A DNA stretch of 64,000 bases from an uncultured Pseudobdellovibrionaceae bacterium (GCA_963803705.1 CAWDNU010000003.1:256001-320000); one strand, 5' to 3'; numbered from the stretch's first letter, positions 9,894-20,949 are shown. Notes: generated from the sequence alone by a model not told the origin. Translations and numbers: made by a program.

Positions 9894-11687
9894 CTAAGCA
9901 GTTACATTTAGTTGACCAGTTTGCACATCCCACAAATCTTTGTAGACAGAATTATTTGAAATTAGGTTAGCATGGTTTCCTTTCTCGATAATTTGGCCAT
10001 TTTGTAAAACAATAATCTCATCACAGCTAACAATTGTAGATAGCCTATGGGCGATTATTATTTTCGTTTTATTTTTCAAAACTTTTTCCAAATTTTTTTG
10101 CAGTTTTGCTTCCATTATATTGTCTACAGCACTCGTTGCTTCGTCCAGCACAACAACAGGGCTTTTCGCAAGTAGCATACGAGCAATTGAAAGTCTTTGT
10201 CTCTGACCACCTGAAAGCCGTTGCCCTCGCTCTCCTACAACTGTCTGGTACTGTTCGGGTAAAGACTGTACAAAATCATGAATGCAAGAGGTTTCGCAAG
10301 CATTAAAAACCTCATTGTCTAAAGCTTCAGGATTAGAAAATTTTAAGTTTTCTAAGATCGTGCCATGAAAAAGGTAAACATCTTGACTGACTATAGCTAT
10401 CGCCGACCTTAAAGAAGCTAAATTATAATCTTTTAAATTTACTTGGTCTAAAAAAATTGACCCTTTGGTTGGATCGTAAAATCTTTGTAACAATTTTATC
10501 AATGTGCTTTTACCAGATCCCGTAGAACCTACTATTCCAATTGATTTGCCTTGTTCAATAGTTAAGTTAAAGTCACTAAGGATCTCGACTGCGGGTGTGT
10601 AGGAAAAAGAAGTGTGTTTAAACTCGATTTTTCCCTTTAAAGCTGCTTTCTCTTTTATTAAATCACCGGAGCAAAGCTCAACCGGGGTTTTAAGTAAATT
10701 AAATATTCTGTAGACGCTTGCCATAGCTCTTTGAAATAAGTCTAAGGTTTGACCCAACCTAGTTAAAGGCCACAACAATCTTTGAATTAAAAAAATAAGA
10801 ACTGAAAAAGTTCCAACTTCAAGTTGACCATCTAGTGTTAAGCGTCCACCAACTAACAAGGTAGTAAGAAATCCACACATCACTAAAATACGAATTAAGG
10901 GTGTAAATATCGAGCTTACATATATGGCGCGTTCATTAGAGGCGTAATAGCTAAGTGATAACGACTCAAGTTTTTTGTAGCTCTCATGTTCTCTAGCAAA
11001 GCTTTTGATGGTGGTCATACCTTGTAAACTGTTATTAAGCTCGCTAATCAGTAAACCCACTTTGCCTCGAACACTTGAGTACAAGGGGGTTAAAAACCCT
11101 TGAAACCAAATTCCAGCAAATACAATCAGTGGCATCGTTATAAAGCTAAGCAAAGCAAGGTAAGGACTTTTAAAAAAGTAGATACCACCTATAACCAAAA
11201 CAGTCACAAATACCTGAATTAAGTCGTTGATACCACCGTCTAAAAAGCGCTCTAGTTGGTTCACATCGTCATTAATTATAGAAATAAACTCTCCGGAATT
11301 TTGACCCTCTAAAAATTTTTGATCTAATCTTAAAAGGTTTTGAAAACTATCCATTCTAAGCATGTGTTGAATGCGCTGAGCTAGCTGCTTCCATTGCACC
11401 GCAAATAAAAATTCAAATAGTGATTCCAAAAGCCATACGATAACAGTAAAAAAAGCTATAATAAGTAGTTGATCAAATTGCGTATAGTCACCATAGCTGG
11501 CTAAAAATGATTGATCTTTTTTTACTATGGTGTCTACAGCTAAACCAATCAGTAATGGTGGAAATAGGTCAAAAACTTTATTTAATATAGAAAAACAAAC
11601 TGCAGATATTATTTTTAATTTGTAGTCCGACGCGTAGGCATACAATCTAAGTAAGGTTTTAATTTGATTTTCGCTATTTTTGATCAT
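9894..11687 (-). CDS. ABC exporter, fused permease/ATPase
   Basis: TM domain plus GSTGSGKST, LSGGQRQR, LDEATSAVD, IAHRLST. Confidence 0.93.
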   Translation of the reverse strand: MIKNSENQIKTLLRLYAYASDYKLKIISAVCFSILNKVFDLFPPLLIGLAVDTIVKKDQSFLASYGDYTQFDQLLIIAFFTVIVWLLESLFEFLFAVQWKQLAQRIQHMLRMDSFQNLLRLDQKFLEGQNSGEFISIINDDVNQLERFLDGGINDLIQVFVTVLVIGGIYFFKSPYLALLSFITMPLIVFAGIWFQGFLTPLYSSVRGKVGLLISELNNSLQGMTTIKSFAREHESYKKLESLSLSYYASNERAIYVSSIFTPLIRILVMCGFLTTLLVGGRLTLDGQLEVGTFSVLIFLIQRLLWPLTRLGQTLDLFQRAMASVYRIFNLLKTPVELCSGDLIKEKAALKGKIEFKHTSFSYTPAVEILSDFNLTIEQGKSIGIVGSTGSGKSTLIKLLQRFYDPTKGSIFLDQVNLKDYNLASLRSAIAIVSQDVYLFHGTILENLKFSNPEALDNEVFNACETSCIHDFVQSLPEQYQTVVGERGQRLSGGQRQRLSIARMLLAKSPVVVLDEATSAVDNIMEAKLQKNLEKVLKNKTKIIIAHRLSTIVSCDEIIVLQNGQIIEKGNHANLISNNSVYKDLWDVQTGQLNVTA

Positions 11688-12631
11688 GAGATAGGTATTA
11701 CTCCCATATGGTTTTTTTTCATTCTTTTGAGTTCATCGGGTATATGATTTAAAATTTCTAATGACAAAGCACTAATTATTTTCTGTTTATTGAAACTGCG
11801 ATTATAAACTAAACTAACTTGCCTAGAGGGCACAGGTCTTCTGAACGCTTTTAGCTGTCTAATTTTCTCGTCACTGCTTAAATTTAGAGTCGCTAGGTAT
11901 GGAAGTAGAGTATAACCCTGACCTTGCCGAATCAAATTTTTTAAAGTTTCCAAATTTCCACTTTCAAAAGTTATATTGCTTAGAACAGTATTTTTATCCT
12001 TGAACCCACAAATACCTGCCACTTGATTCCGGAAGCAGTGACCTTCATTTAAAAGCCACAAAGTTTCACCTTCCAAATCAGATTCATTTAAGATCTGCTT
12101 TTTTGTAAACGCATGTCGCTGGGCTACAAATGCGTAAAAAGGTTCTAAAAAAAGCAGATGTTCCTCTATGGCCTCATTCTGAATTGGTGTTACCAAAAGA
12201 CCAGCATCTATTTTATCTGCGTGTAGTAGCTCTATAATTTCAGATGTTTTGTTTTCATTTATGGTAAGTTCAACATTAGGATAGTTTTTTGAAAAACTTT
12301 CTACAAAAAGCGGAACAATATAAGAGGACAATGTAGGGATCACGGCTAACTGAAATTTTCCTTGAGCCATATCACTATTAAGTTCAAGATTCATCAAACG
12401 ATGATGTTCCAGTAAAACGTTTTTGGCTTGCCTAATGACTTTTAGACCAGATTCAGTTGTTATTATAGGTTTTTTTGATCGATTAAAAATAGTAACATTA
12501 AGCTGTTCTTCTACTTTGTGTATTTGAGCGGACAAAGAGGGTTGCGAAACATTGCGCGACTCGGCTGCTCTTCCAAAGTGCTTAAATTTATCAACTGCAA
12601 TTATGTATTCTAATTGTGTCAAAGTTGGCAT
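11684..12631 (-). CDS. oxyR: OxyR-type LysR regulator
   Basis: LysR HTH (HFGRAAE..VSQPSLS) and the redox pair EGHCFRNQVAGIC; adjacent to a peroxiredoxin. Confidence 0.85.
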   Translation of the reverse strand: MPTLTQLEYIIAVDKFKHFGRAAESRNVSQPSLSAQIHKVEEQLNVTIFNRSKKPIITTESGLKVIRQAKNVLLEHHRLMNLELNSDMAQGKFQLAVIPTLSSYIVPLFVESFSKNYPNVELTINENKTSEIIELLHADKIDAGLLVTPIQNEAIEEHLLFLEPFYAFVAQRHAFTKKQILNESDLEGETLWLLNEGHCFRNQVAGICGFKDKNTVLSNITFESGNLETLKNLIRQGQGYTLLPYLATLNLSSDEKIRQLKAFRRPVPSRQVSLVYNRSFNKQKIISALSLEILNHIPDELKRMKKNHMGVIPIS

Positions 12632-12729
12632 AATTGGATCTCTTAATTTTTATTCACTTCATAAGGCGTTTAATTAAATTTAATAGAAAAAGAGAAAGAC
12701 TATGAATAGCTACTTCGAATAAATTATAA

Positions 12730-14139
12730 CTATCTTATGGGGGAATCTTGACACCTTGCAAGTTCATTAGGTGAATCTGAGCTTAGCTTATTATATGCAT
12801 CCCTAAGGGCAGTCCTTAATCCTTCTTCTATCACTGGATGGTAAAATGGCATTTGCAAACACTCTTGAACCGTCAAATCTAGCGACATGGCCCAAGCAAT
12901 TAAGTGAGCTATGTGTTCACCATCAGGGGCTTGTAATTCTGCTCCTAAAATCTTGTGTGATTTAGAATCTACATATACGTGTAATAATCCCTGCTCTTTT
13001 AGCTTAACGATACTACGCCCCTGGCCTTCAAAGCTAACTTTTCCAGTCACAAATTCAATATTTTGATTGTCTAAATCCTTAAATTTTTTACCAATTGCAG
13101 CTATGTTTGGATCGCAAAAAGCAATCCCTAAAGGTACTCTTCTTTTAAAACACTGTTCTTCATTGACCGCATTAAACCCAGCAATAAAACCTTCATCAGC
13201 TGCCTCATGCAAAATAGGTCTATCTGAATTTGCGTCTCCTGGTAAAAATATATGAGGAGCTTCAACCAACTTCATAGTATTAGGGTCGACAGTTGGCTTG
13301 TCGTCTTTTAGGGGAATTTTTAAACTTTCTAATCCTAAGCCTTTGATGTTCGCAGATCTACCCACAGAAACCAGTGCTTTATCAACTTCGTAGATTTGAT
13401 TCCCAGCTTTGAATTTTAATTTCTTATTTTTTGTTATTTCTAAAAATTCCAATCCATCAAGAAAAACTGGAAATTCACTCTTTAGTTTTTCTGCAACATA
13501 GCTTTGAATTTCGGGGTCGGAAACACCAGAAATTGCTGGACCCATATTTGCGCCAATGACTTTTACACCCAATCTGCTTATGGCTTGGCCAATCTCTAAA
13601 CCTATTATTCCAAGACCTACAACCACCACGGATTCAGGAAGTTCGTCTAGTTCAAAAAATGAATCTGTAGTAAGAATAAAATCTGAAAAATCCTTAAATT
13701 TATCTAAAACAATAGGGTGTGACCCAGTTGCAATAATAACCTTGTCAGCTTTAACTTTTTCATCACCAATAAGAAGTTCATGTGGTCCTAAAAAGGTTGC
13801 CCGCTTTTGAACAAGATGACTGTCCCATGACTGCATAGGGTTTTTGACACCTCGGACGAACCTATCTCTTAAGAATCGGACGTGCTGCATGACCAATTTA
13901 GAATTTACTTTTAAGTTATCCTGTCCAGCTATACCAACCTGTTTAAATTTTTTAGTCTGGTTAAAATCGTTAGCAACTTGTAATAGCGCTTTTGAAGGCA
14001 TACAACCCACGCGTGCGCAGGTTGTACCGAGTGGACCATCATCCGCTACGATGTAATTACTAGTCTTTTTTTCGACTTCCTTTCGGGCTGTCAAACCAGA
14101 AGTTCCAGCGCCGATAATTACAACATCATAGTGCTCCAT
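12730..14139 (-). CDS. Pyridine nucleotide-disulfide oxidoreductase (dihydrolipoamide dehydrogenase-like partner of Prx-Grx)
   Basis: GAGTSG FAD motif, CARVGCMPSK redox centre, HPVIEE. Confidence 0.88.
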   Translation of the reverse strand: MEHYDVVIIGAGTSGLTARKEVEKKTSNYIVADDGPLGTTCARVGCMPSKALLQVANDFNQTKKFKQVGIAGQDNLKVNSKLVMQHVRFLRDRFVRGVKNPMQSWDSHLVQKRATFLGPHELLIGDEKVKADKVIIATGSHPIVLDKFKDFSDFILTTDSFFELDELPESVVVVGLGIIGLEIGQAISRLGVKVIGANMGPAISGVSDPEIQSYVAEKLKSEFPVFLDGLEFLEITKNKKLKFKAGNQIYEVDKALVSVGRSANIKGLGLESLKIPLKDDKPTVDPNTMKLVEAPHIFLPGDANSDRPILHEAADEGFIAGFNAVNEEQCFKRRVPLGIAFCDPNIAAIGKKFKDLDNQNIEFVTGKVSFEGQGRSIVKLKEQGLLHVYVDSKSHKILGAELQAPDGEHIAHLIAWAMSLDLTVQECLQMPFYHPVIEEGLRTALRDAYNKLSSDSPNELARCQDSPIR

Positions 14140-14214
14140 ATTTCGTCCTTAGTCCCTTGTCCCAAAGTTTCACTCATTTCAACGTTCAGCTCATTTCATC
14201 TTTAAACTAAAAAG

Positions 14215-14952
14215 CTATTTGTAGATTTTTTTTAAATTGTCTGCGCCCCCGATGCGCTCGCCATTCATAAAGACTTGGGGTACAGTTGTTGTACCGCTTA
14301 CAGCCATCAAGGTTTTGATAGTGTAGTCTTTATTTAAAATATGCTCTTCGTATTTAATTTTATTTTTGTCTAAAATACTTTTAGCTTCAGCACAATGTGG
14401 GCAACCTGGTCGAGAAAAAATAGTTGCTGATTTCGGAATTTGTGCACCCAAATGCTTAAGCATTGTGTCAGCGTCTGAAACACTGAAAGGGTCCCCTGGC
14501 TTTTCTTCTTCTACAAAAACCTTTTCTATTTTACCATCGTTCACCAACATCGAATAGCGCCAGCTTCTTTTGCCAAACCCAATCGCAGATTTATCGACTA
14601 AAAACCCTAGTTTTTCAGAAAACTCACCATTGCCGTCGGGTAGCATAACTAAGTTTGATGCTTTTTGTTCATCTTGCCATGCATTCATCACAAAAGAGTC
14701 ATTTACAGATAAGCAAACTACTTCATCAATTCCATTTTCTTTAAAAGTGTCAAAAAGCTCATTATATCTAGGTAAATGAGTAGAGGAGCAAGTAGGCGTG
14801 TAGGCTCCGGGTAAGGCAAATAACACGACTTTTTTACCTTTAAAATAATCGTCACTAGTTTTTTTTACCCATTCATGTCCAACTCTGGTTTGAAACTCGA
14901 TGGTGGGTACAGTTTTACCAACTAACTTTTCACTTAGATCATTTATACTCAT
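14215..14952 (-). CDS. Hybrid peroxiredoxin 5-glutaredoxin
   Basis: PGAYTPTCSSTHLP Prx5 active site and a C-terminal Grx domain with CPHC and TVPQVF. Confidence 0.93.
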   Translation of the reverse strand: MSINDLSEKLVGKTVPTIEFQTRVGHEWVKKTSDDYFKGKKVVLFALPGAYTPTCSSTHLPRYNELFDTFKENGIDEVVCLSVNDSFVMNAWQDEQKASNLVMLPDGNGEFSEKLGFLVDKSAIGFGKRSWRYSMLVNDGKIEKVFVEEEKPGDPFSVSDADTMLKHLGAQIPKSATIFSRPGCPHCAEAKSILDKNKIKYEEHILNKDYTIKTLMAVSGTTTVPQVFMNGERIGGADNLKKIYK

Positions 14953-15059
14953 TTAAATCTCCTTTAATGTTTACTTATAAAATATAGCTAGGGCTAATAT
15001 CTTAAATACAATATCGTTCAAAGTAGCAATAGTTTCAAATATAATTCTGTTATAATGCG

Positions 15060-15074
15060 ATAGGATCAAACTAT
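15060..15074. promoter_or_regulatory. Candidate OxyR half-operator
   Basis: ATAG-N7-CTAT (ATAGGATCAAACTAT) in the divergent prx/iscS intergenic region, with a weaker ATAG-TTTCAAA-TATA at 15029. Confidence 0.4.
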
Positions 15075-15178
15075 TGACGATTCTGGCTTGTTTAATGCTG
15101 ATCAGAAGCTGTCATTTTGCAAAAATTGATTGGAATGATCGATTTATGAAGATAGTCTTTAAATTTTGAAGGACTGCG

Positions 15179-16342
15179 ATGAGCATTGAAGAGCGGGTAT
15201 ATTTTGATCACAACGCTACTACACCTGTGGATAAAAGTCTTTATCCATTAATCGATAAAATTGTAAAAGAGTGGGGTAATCCTAGCTCTATTTATTCCTT
15301 AAGTCGAAGTCCTAAAAAAATTTTAAGAGAAGCCAGGCAATCTTTTGCAGAAAAGATGAGTTGCCACCCCCTTGAGATAATTTTTACCAGTGGTGGTAGT
15401 GAATCTAACAACTTCGCTTTGAAGGGACTAGAAAGCTACTTCAAGAAAGTAAAAAAAGACACAATGATAGTCTCTTCGGTAGAACATCCTGCAGTTTTAA
15501 AGACGGCTCAGTATCTTGAAACCAAGGGCTTAAATGTTTGGTATATACCAGTATCTAAGTCTGGCGAGTTAGACACCGATTTCTTAGAAGATCATTTAAA
15601 AAACAACAAGGTTGGTTTAGTTTCTGTAATGGCAGCTAACAACGAGACCGGGGTAATCCACCCTATTACTAAGCTTTCAGCTTTAGCTCACAAATATCAG
15701 TCTTTAATTCACACTGATGCAGTTCAACTTATAGGGAAGACCAGTTTGAATTTTATGGAAATGGATGTGGACCTGGCTTCCTTTTCTGCACATAAATTTT
15801 ATTCCTTAAAAGGAGCGGGCGCTCTTTACTGCCGAAAAGGATTAAATTTAGACAGCTTAATCCACGGGGGCGGTCAAGAACGGTCTAGGCGCGCAGGGAC
15901 CGAAAATGTTTTGGCCATAGCGTGCATGAAACATATGATAGATAGATTAAATGATTTAGAAAGTAAAATGTCCTACATAAAAGGTTTAAGAGACAGCTTT
16001 GAAACCCAAATTAAAATTAAAATTCCCAAAATTGAGATCACTGCTCAAAATCAAAATAGACTAGTAAACACATCCCACGTGATCATCGAAGGTACCGACG
16101 GTGAAAATTTATTGATGAATTTGGACTTAGCTGGATTTGAAGTGAGCACCGGAGCAGCTTGCAGCGCTGGAAGCCCAGAGCCTAGCGCCGCGCTGTTAGC
16201 CATGGGCTATCACCGAAGCGAAGCTCAGTCGTCATTGCGTGTTTCTTTCGGCAAAGACAATAGCGTAAATGAAGTCGATCGATTTATAGCCGTGCTATCC
16301 CAGGTTGTGCCGCATCTTCGGAAGATCAAAAGCCAAATTTAG
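15179..16342 (+). CDS. iscS: Cysteine desulfurase (IscS/NifS group I)
   Basis: YFDHNATTP, SAHKFY PLP lysine, STGAACS; upstream of mnmA. Confidence 0.9.
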   Translation: MSIEERVYFDHNATTPVDKSLYPLIDKIVKEWGNPSSIYSLSRSPKKILREARQSFAEKMSCHPLEIIFTSGGSESNNFALKGLESYFKKVKKDTMIVSSVEHPAVLKTAQYLETKGLNVWYIPVSKSGELDTDFLEDHLKNNKVGLVSVMAANNETGVIHPITKLSALAHKYQSLIHTDAVQLIGKTSLNFMEMDVDLASFSAHKFYSLKGAGALYCRKGLNLDSLIHGGGQERSRRAGTENVLAIACMKHMIDRLNDLESKMSYIKGLRDSFETQIKIKIPKIEITAQNQNRLVNTSHVIIEGTDGENLLMNLDLAGFEVSTGAACSAGSPEPSAALLAMGYHRSEAQSSLRVSFGKDNSVNEVDRFIAVLSQVVPHLRKIKSQI

Positions 16343-16482
16343 TAAATTTCAATCAATCAATTCTCAGGTCTACAACTGATTTAATTCGGACTTTTTCTTA
16401 TGCTGCTTCTTTTGATATCTAGTCACTAAAAATAATATAATCTAACTTGGTCTTTTAGACCGCGTCTGCTATAGAACTTATC

Positions 16483-17610
16483 ATGAACCCAACTATTAGA
16501 AGCGCCATAGATTTGACAAGCCAAGCTAAGAGACCAAAAGTTTTAGTGGCAATGAGTGGCGGCGTGGATAGCTCCGTCGCAGCCTCTTTATTAGTTGAGC
16601 AAGGCTACGATGTTATTGGTTGTACTATGCAGGTCTGGGATTATACAAATAATCAAAGTTGTAGCACCGAGCAAGAGGGTAACGGAACTTGCTGCTCAAG
16701 CACAGATGTTGACGATGCGCGGGCAGTTGCTGATCGCTTGAATATTCCATTTTACGTTTTGAACTGTGAAAGTGAATTTCAATCTAAAGTGATAGACCCA
16801 TTCATTGAGTCTTATTTGCAGGGTGAAACACCCATTCCTTGCGTGAATTGCAACACCTACCTAAAGTTTGATCACTTAATAAAAAAGATGAAAGCCCTGG
16901 GGTGTGATTATTTAGCAACTGGTCACTACGCGCAGATGGTGAATATTAGTGGCAAGAAAACGATTAAAACAAGCTCGGATGATTGGAAAGATCAAACTTA
17001 CTTTTTGTTCACGCTAGAGCCTTCGGTTTTAGACTATTTGCTATTTCCAGTAGGTGATATGGAAAAGCCAAAAGTTCGTGAATATGCAGAAGCAAACGAC
17101 CTAGTTGTAGCGAAAAAAAAAGATTCCACTGGAATTTGTTTTATTGGAAATGGTAAGTATTCGGAGTTTATCGAAAAAAGAGTGTCGCCAGATCTTTTAG
17201 TTCAAGGCCAGCTACTTAAATACCCTTCAGGTGAAATGTTGGGGAACCACGATGGTCTTCACCACTTTACGTATGGTCAAAGAAAACGCTTGGGAATTTC
17301 GTACTCTGTGCCCTTGTACGTAAAAAAAATCGACTACGAGTCTGGTTCTGTGTGGCTAGCTGAAGAAAATGATCTTTACGAAAGTAAAATGAATATTAAA
17401 AATTTTAATTTTCTAAACGAATTTAGTGAAGACGAGATTTTAAAAATAAAGATTCGTTTTCAACATCGCGGGGCAGAAGCTAAAGTCAAAAAAAATGATG
17501 ATGGCACAATGACTGTTCAGTTTTTAGAGCCTCAACGTTCAATCACGCCGGGACAAGCGGCAGTTTTTTACAGAGATCAAAATTTGCTTGGCGGCGGTTG
17601 GATTATTTAA
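16483..17610 (+). CDS. mnmA: tRNA-specific 2-thiouridylase
   Basis: AMSGGVDS, PCVNCN, ATGHYA, KDQTYFL, DSTGICF, TPGQAAVFY. Confidence 0.97.
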   Translation: MNPTIRSAIDLTSQAKRPKVLVAMSGGVDSSVAASLLVEQGYDVIGCTMQVWDYTNNQSCSTEQEGNGTCCSSTDVDDARAVADRLNIPFYVLNCESEFQSKVIDPFIESYLQGETPIPCVNCNTYLKFDHLIKKMKALGCDYLATGHYAQMVNISGKKTIKTSSDDWKDQTYFLFTLEPSVLDYLLFPVGDMEKPKVREYAEANDLVVAKKKDSTGICFIGNGKYSEFIEKRVSPDLLVQGQLLKYPSGEMLGNHDGLHHFTYGQRKRLGISYSVPLYVKKIDYESGSVWLAEENDLYESKMNIKNFNFLNEFSEDEILKIKIRFQHRGAEAKVKKNDDGTMTVQFLEPQRSITPGQAAVFYRDQNLLGGGWII

Positions 17611-17666
17611 TATTGATATTATAAAGTTTCAAATATTAGATTCTTTAACCTAGAGATATTAAAATC

Positions 17667-20093
17667 ATGATGTCCTTTAAGAGTAAGAGTAAGTATAAGT
17701 ACGTTATTTTGTTCCTCCTGTTGCTATTAATGCTAGCTTTTTTTCTGACATTTTATTTTCTAAATTACAACCAGACCATATCAAAGTCAGGCAGTCTAAA
17801 GCTCGTTGGGCTAAAAGAAACTGTCCAAGTTTATACTGACAAATATGGCGTTCCTCACATTAGAGCTTTAAACGACCATGATATGATGATGGCTTTGGGA
17901 TTTGTCATGGCTTCGGATAGATTATGGCAGATGGACTTACTTCGGCGAATTGGATCTGGCCGTTTAAGCGAAATCTTAGGACCGAAGCTGCTTGAAACAG
18001 ATATTTTCTTAAGAAAGTTGGGTTTAAGGCGTCATATGAAACAGGTCTGGGCAGAGCAAAAAAAACAAGCCCCAACTCATATGCTGATGCAAATAGACGC
18101 TTATTTAGAAGGGGTAAATAGTTATATCGAGCAAGGTCCTAGACCCTTGGAAATTAAAATTCTAGGTTATCAACCAGACCCTTTCACCATGGAAGATGCC
18201 TTAAGTGTTGCCGGTTACATGGCGCTTAGTTTTGCAGAAGGTTTCTTTGTGGATGTCATGTATACAGACCTTTTAGATGAACTTCCAAAAACTGAAGTTG
18301 ATTTAATATTTCCAAAAATGCAGTTGGATAAAAACATTCCTAACACCGTAAATTTCAAGAATAAAAAATTAAGAAATTTAAGTTCTAAAGATTTGAAATA
18401 TTTATATTCAAATGTTTTTAATATTGTTTCTAACCTTAAAGACCGGTTTGGATTGTTTCAAGGTAGTAACTCCTGGGTGTTATCAGGAGATAGAAGCAAG
18501 TCAGGTAAACCAATTTTAGCTAATGATCCCCACATAGCATATGCAAGTCCCTCTGTTTTTTACGAGGCCCATATACAATCACCAACATTTGAAAACTATG
18601 GACATTATATTCCACTCGTTCCATTCCCAGGCCTAGGGCATAACCAACACAGAGCGTGGGCCATCACGATGTCTAAATCTGACGACTTAGATTATTTCAA
18701 AGAGGTTTTTCATCCTTCGAAGCCAGAAGTGATGCATAAAAATAAGTACGTTCCTTACACGATTTACAAAGAAAGCATAATTGTAAAAGGGCAAAGTAAA
18801 CCACACATAGAGACGGTGATAGTGACTCCTCATGGGCCTATGTTGGATGGCACTAAGTATGTTAGAAAAGACCAGTCTTTGTCGCTGTCTTGGCAGTTTT
18901 TAAACCCGACTAATAATCCTGCTCTGTCATTTTATTTGTTATCCCAAAGTAAAGACCTTGACGATCTTGCACCGGCATTAAGGCACTCTGCAGCTCCTGG
19001 GTTTAATATAAGTTTTGTAGATTCAAAAGGTAACATCGGTTGGCATGTCATGGGTAAAATACCGGTCTTGCCCAGAGCTTCAAATGGTCTGGTAATCAGG
19101 GAAGGGCATTCCGGTGATGATGATTACTTAAGGTATTTAGATATTATGGAAAATCCCCATATTTACAATCCTGACAAGGGCATGATAATTTCCGCTAACC
19201 ACAAGCATGATGTTCGTGGCCTCATACCTTGGATTGGTTTGTGGCAGCCAAAAGATAGAGTCATAAGATTACAGAACCTGTTAGAGCAAAAGAAAAAGTG
19301 GGATCTAGAGTCTTTAAAGAGCGTTCAGACTGATGAGCATGTGACTTTTTATAAAACTTTTTTAAAAGATTTTTTCAGTGAGTTAAATCCAAAAAGCAAG
19401 CTAGAAAAGCAGGTCTACTTGTTTATGAAAAAATGGGACGGTAGCTCTTCTATCGATAATATTGAAGCCACCGTTTACCATACAATCATGTTGACCCTAC
19501 TTAGAAATTTGATAGCAGATGAGCTGGGCGAGGAAAGGTTTAAAGTCTATACTGTAGGTTCTGATGCTTTCGCTTTTTTATTTCAAATCTTAAGACGAAA
19601 TGATTCCAGATTATGGGATAATATCAAAACCAAGCCAGTTGAAAGCAAAACGCAAATTATAAATAAAACTTATTCGGAAAGCCTGACTTTTTTAGAAAAT
19701 AAACTTGGACAAAATTTTAAGAATTGGCAGTTTAAGCGTCTAAAGACTTTGGAATTTAAACACGTATTAGGGCGCTTTTTCCCTTTGGACAAGATATTCA
19801 ATTTAGGCCCTTATCCTGTAGGTGGCGGTGCCAATCAGGTCAACTCCATGGGCGTGACAAGGTCAGATCTTTCTTTCAAAGTTTTTTACGGCCCCGCAAC
19901 AAGAAGGCTTATCGACATGAAAGATCCAACTCATTCCTACGGATTGTTACCGACGGGCAACTCTGGTCATAGGTCATCCTCACACTATTCAGACCAAGTT
20001 GAGTTGTTGATCAGCAATAGGTATCGAGCTCAAAATATGAATTTTAAAAGCTTGGAAAAACCTGTGCAAAAGCTGACACTGCTACCGAAGTAA
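17667..20093 (+). CDS. Penicillin acylase family (Ntn hydrolase, peptidase S45)
   Basis: N-terminal TM anchor, DKYGVPHI, DRLWQMD, catalytic GSNSW, ANDPH. Confidence 0.92.
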   Translation: MMSFKSKSKYKYVILFLLLLLMLAFFLTFYFLNYNQTISKSGSLKLVGLKETVQVYTDKYGVPHIRALNDHDMMMALGFVMASDRLWQMDLLRRIGSGRLSEILGPKLLETDIFLRKLGLRRHMKQVWAEQKKQAPTHMLMQIDAYLEGVNSYIEQGPRPLEIKILGYQPDPFTMEDALSVAGYMALSFAEGFFVDVMYTDLLDELPKTEVDLIFPKMQLDKNIPNTVNFKNKKLRNLSSKDLKYLYSNVFNIVSNLKDRFGLFQGSNSWVLSGDRSKSGKPILANDPHIAYASPSVFYEAHIQSPTFENYGHYIPLVPFPGLGHNQHRAWAITMSKSDDLDYFKEVFHPSKPEVMHKNKYVPYTIYKESIIVKGQSKPHIETVIVTPHGPMLDGTKYVRKDQSLSLSWQFLNPTNNPALSFYLLSQSKDLDDLAPALRHSAAPGFNISFVDSKGNIGWHVMGKIPVLPRASNGLVIREGHSGDDDYLRYLDIMENPHIYNPDKGMIISANHKHDVRGLIPWIGLWQPKDRVIRLQNLLEQKKKWDLESLKSVQTDEHVTFYKTFLKDFFSELNPKSKLEKQVYLFMKKWDGSSSIDNIEATVYHTIMLTLLRNLIADELGEERFKVYTVGSDAFAFLFQILRRNDSRLWDNIKTKPVESKTQIINKTYSESLTFLENKLGQNFKNWQFKRLKTLEFKHVLGRFFPLDKIFNLGPYPVGGGANQVNSMGVTRSDLSFKVFYGPATRRLIDMKDPTHSYGLLPTGNSGHRSSSHYSDQVELLISNRYRAQNMNFKSLEKPVQKLTLLPK

Positions 20094-20259
20094 AGGTTTT
20101 CGTTTATTGATACTAACAAAGTTTAATTGTATGCAGTTTTGCTGGATGGAAACTGACACTTTAAGGTCATTTCTTCAAATAATTAACTTAATCATTGAGA
20201 AAATCCTAAAATTAGTGCATAAATTCAAAAAAACGTTGGACTTGGAGTCCTTGACCATT

Positions 20260-20949
20260 ATGAAGCTAATATTGAATCGATTCAGAAATTCTGATTATTT
20301 TGAGCTTGCGCTCATTCATCGCAGTTTCCCTTTTAAAAATACAAAACTAGATCCAATGGGTCACAATGAGCGATTAGAGTTTATTGGGGATGCTGTTTTA
20401 GGCCTTGTTGTTGCAGCTGAATTGGCCTCAAGGTTCTATGAGTCTGATGAGGGTATTCTTTCACAGATGCGATCCTCGCTTGTCAATGAATCCGCTTTAG
20501 CAGAAATCGCTAAAAATTTAGGTTTAAATGAAGATTTAAAAATGTCTTTTCAAGAAGAGAAAAATGGTGGGCGTGAAAAAAGTAGGATCTTAGCCTCTGC
20601 CTTTGAAGCCGTAGTTGGAGCACTGTATTTAGACTCTGGTTTTGACATTACTAGATCCTTTATTATTGAAGTGTACAAAGATATATGGCCGACAACCCAG
20701 ACCCGCCATTCTTGGGATAAAGACTATAAAACCCAGCTTCAAGAAATGTCACAGAAAATTTCTAAAGAGTGCCCTGACTACATCTTACTTGATCAAAACG
20801 GTCCTGATCACGAAAAAGTTTTTAACATAAAAGTTAGCGTTTTAAACCATGCTTTTGAGGCAATGGCTGCTTCAAAAAAACAAGCCGAACAGTTAGCAGC
20901 TAAAAAAGCTGTTCAATTTTTTAAAAAAGAAGAAGGGTTAATTCTATGA
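20260..20949 (+). CDS. rnc: Ribonuclease III
   Basis: HNERLEFIGDAVL signature and a C-terminal dsRBD (DYKTQLQE, GPDH, SKKQAEQ). Likely ATG at 20260. Confidence 0.95.
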   Translation: MKLILNRFRNSDYFELALIHRSFPFKNTKLDPMGHNERLEFIGDAVLGLVVAAELASRFYESDEGILSQMRSSLVNESALAEIAKNLGLNEDLKMSFQEEKNGGREKSRILASAFEAVVGALYLDSGFDITRSFIIEVYKDIWPTTQTRHSWDKDYKTQLQEMSQKISKECPDYILLDQNGPDHEKVFNIKVSVLNHAFEAMAASKKQAEQLAAKKAVQFFKKEEGLIL

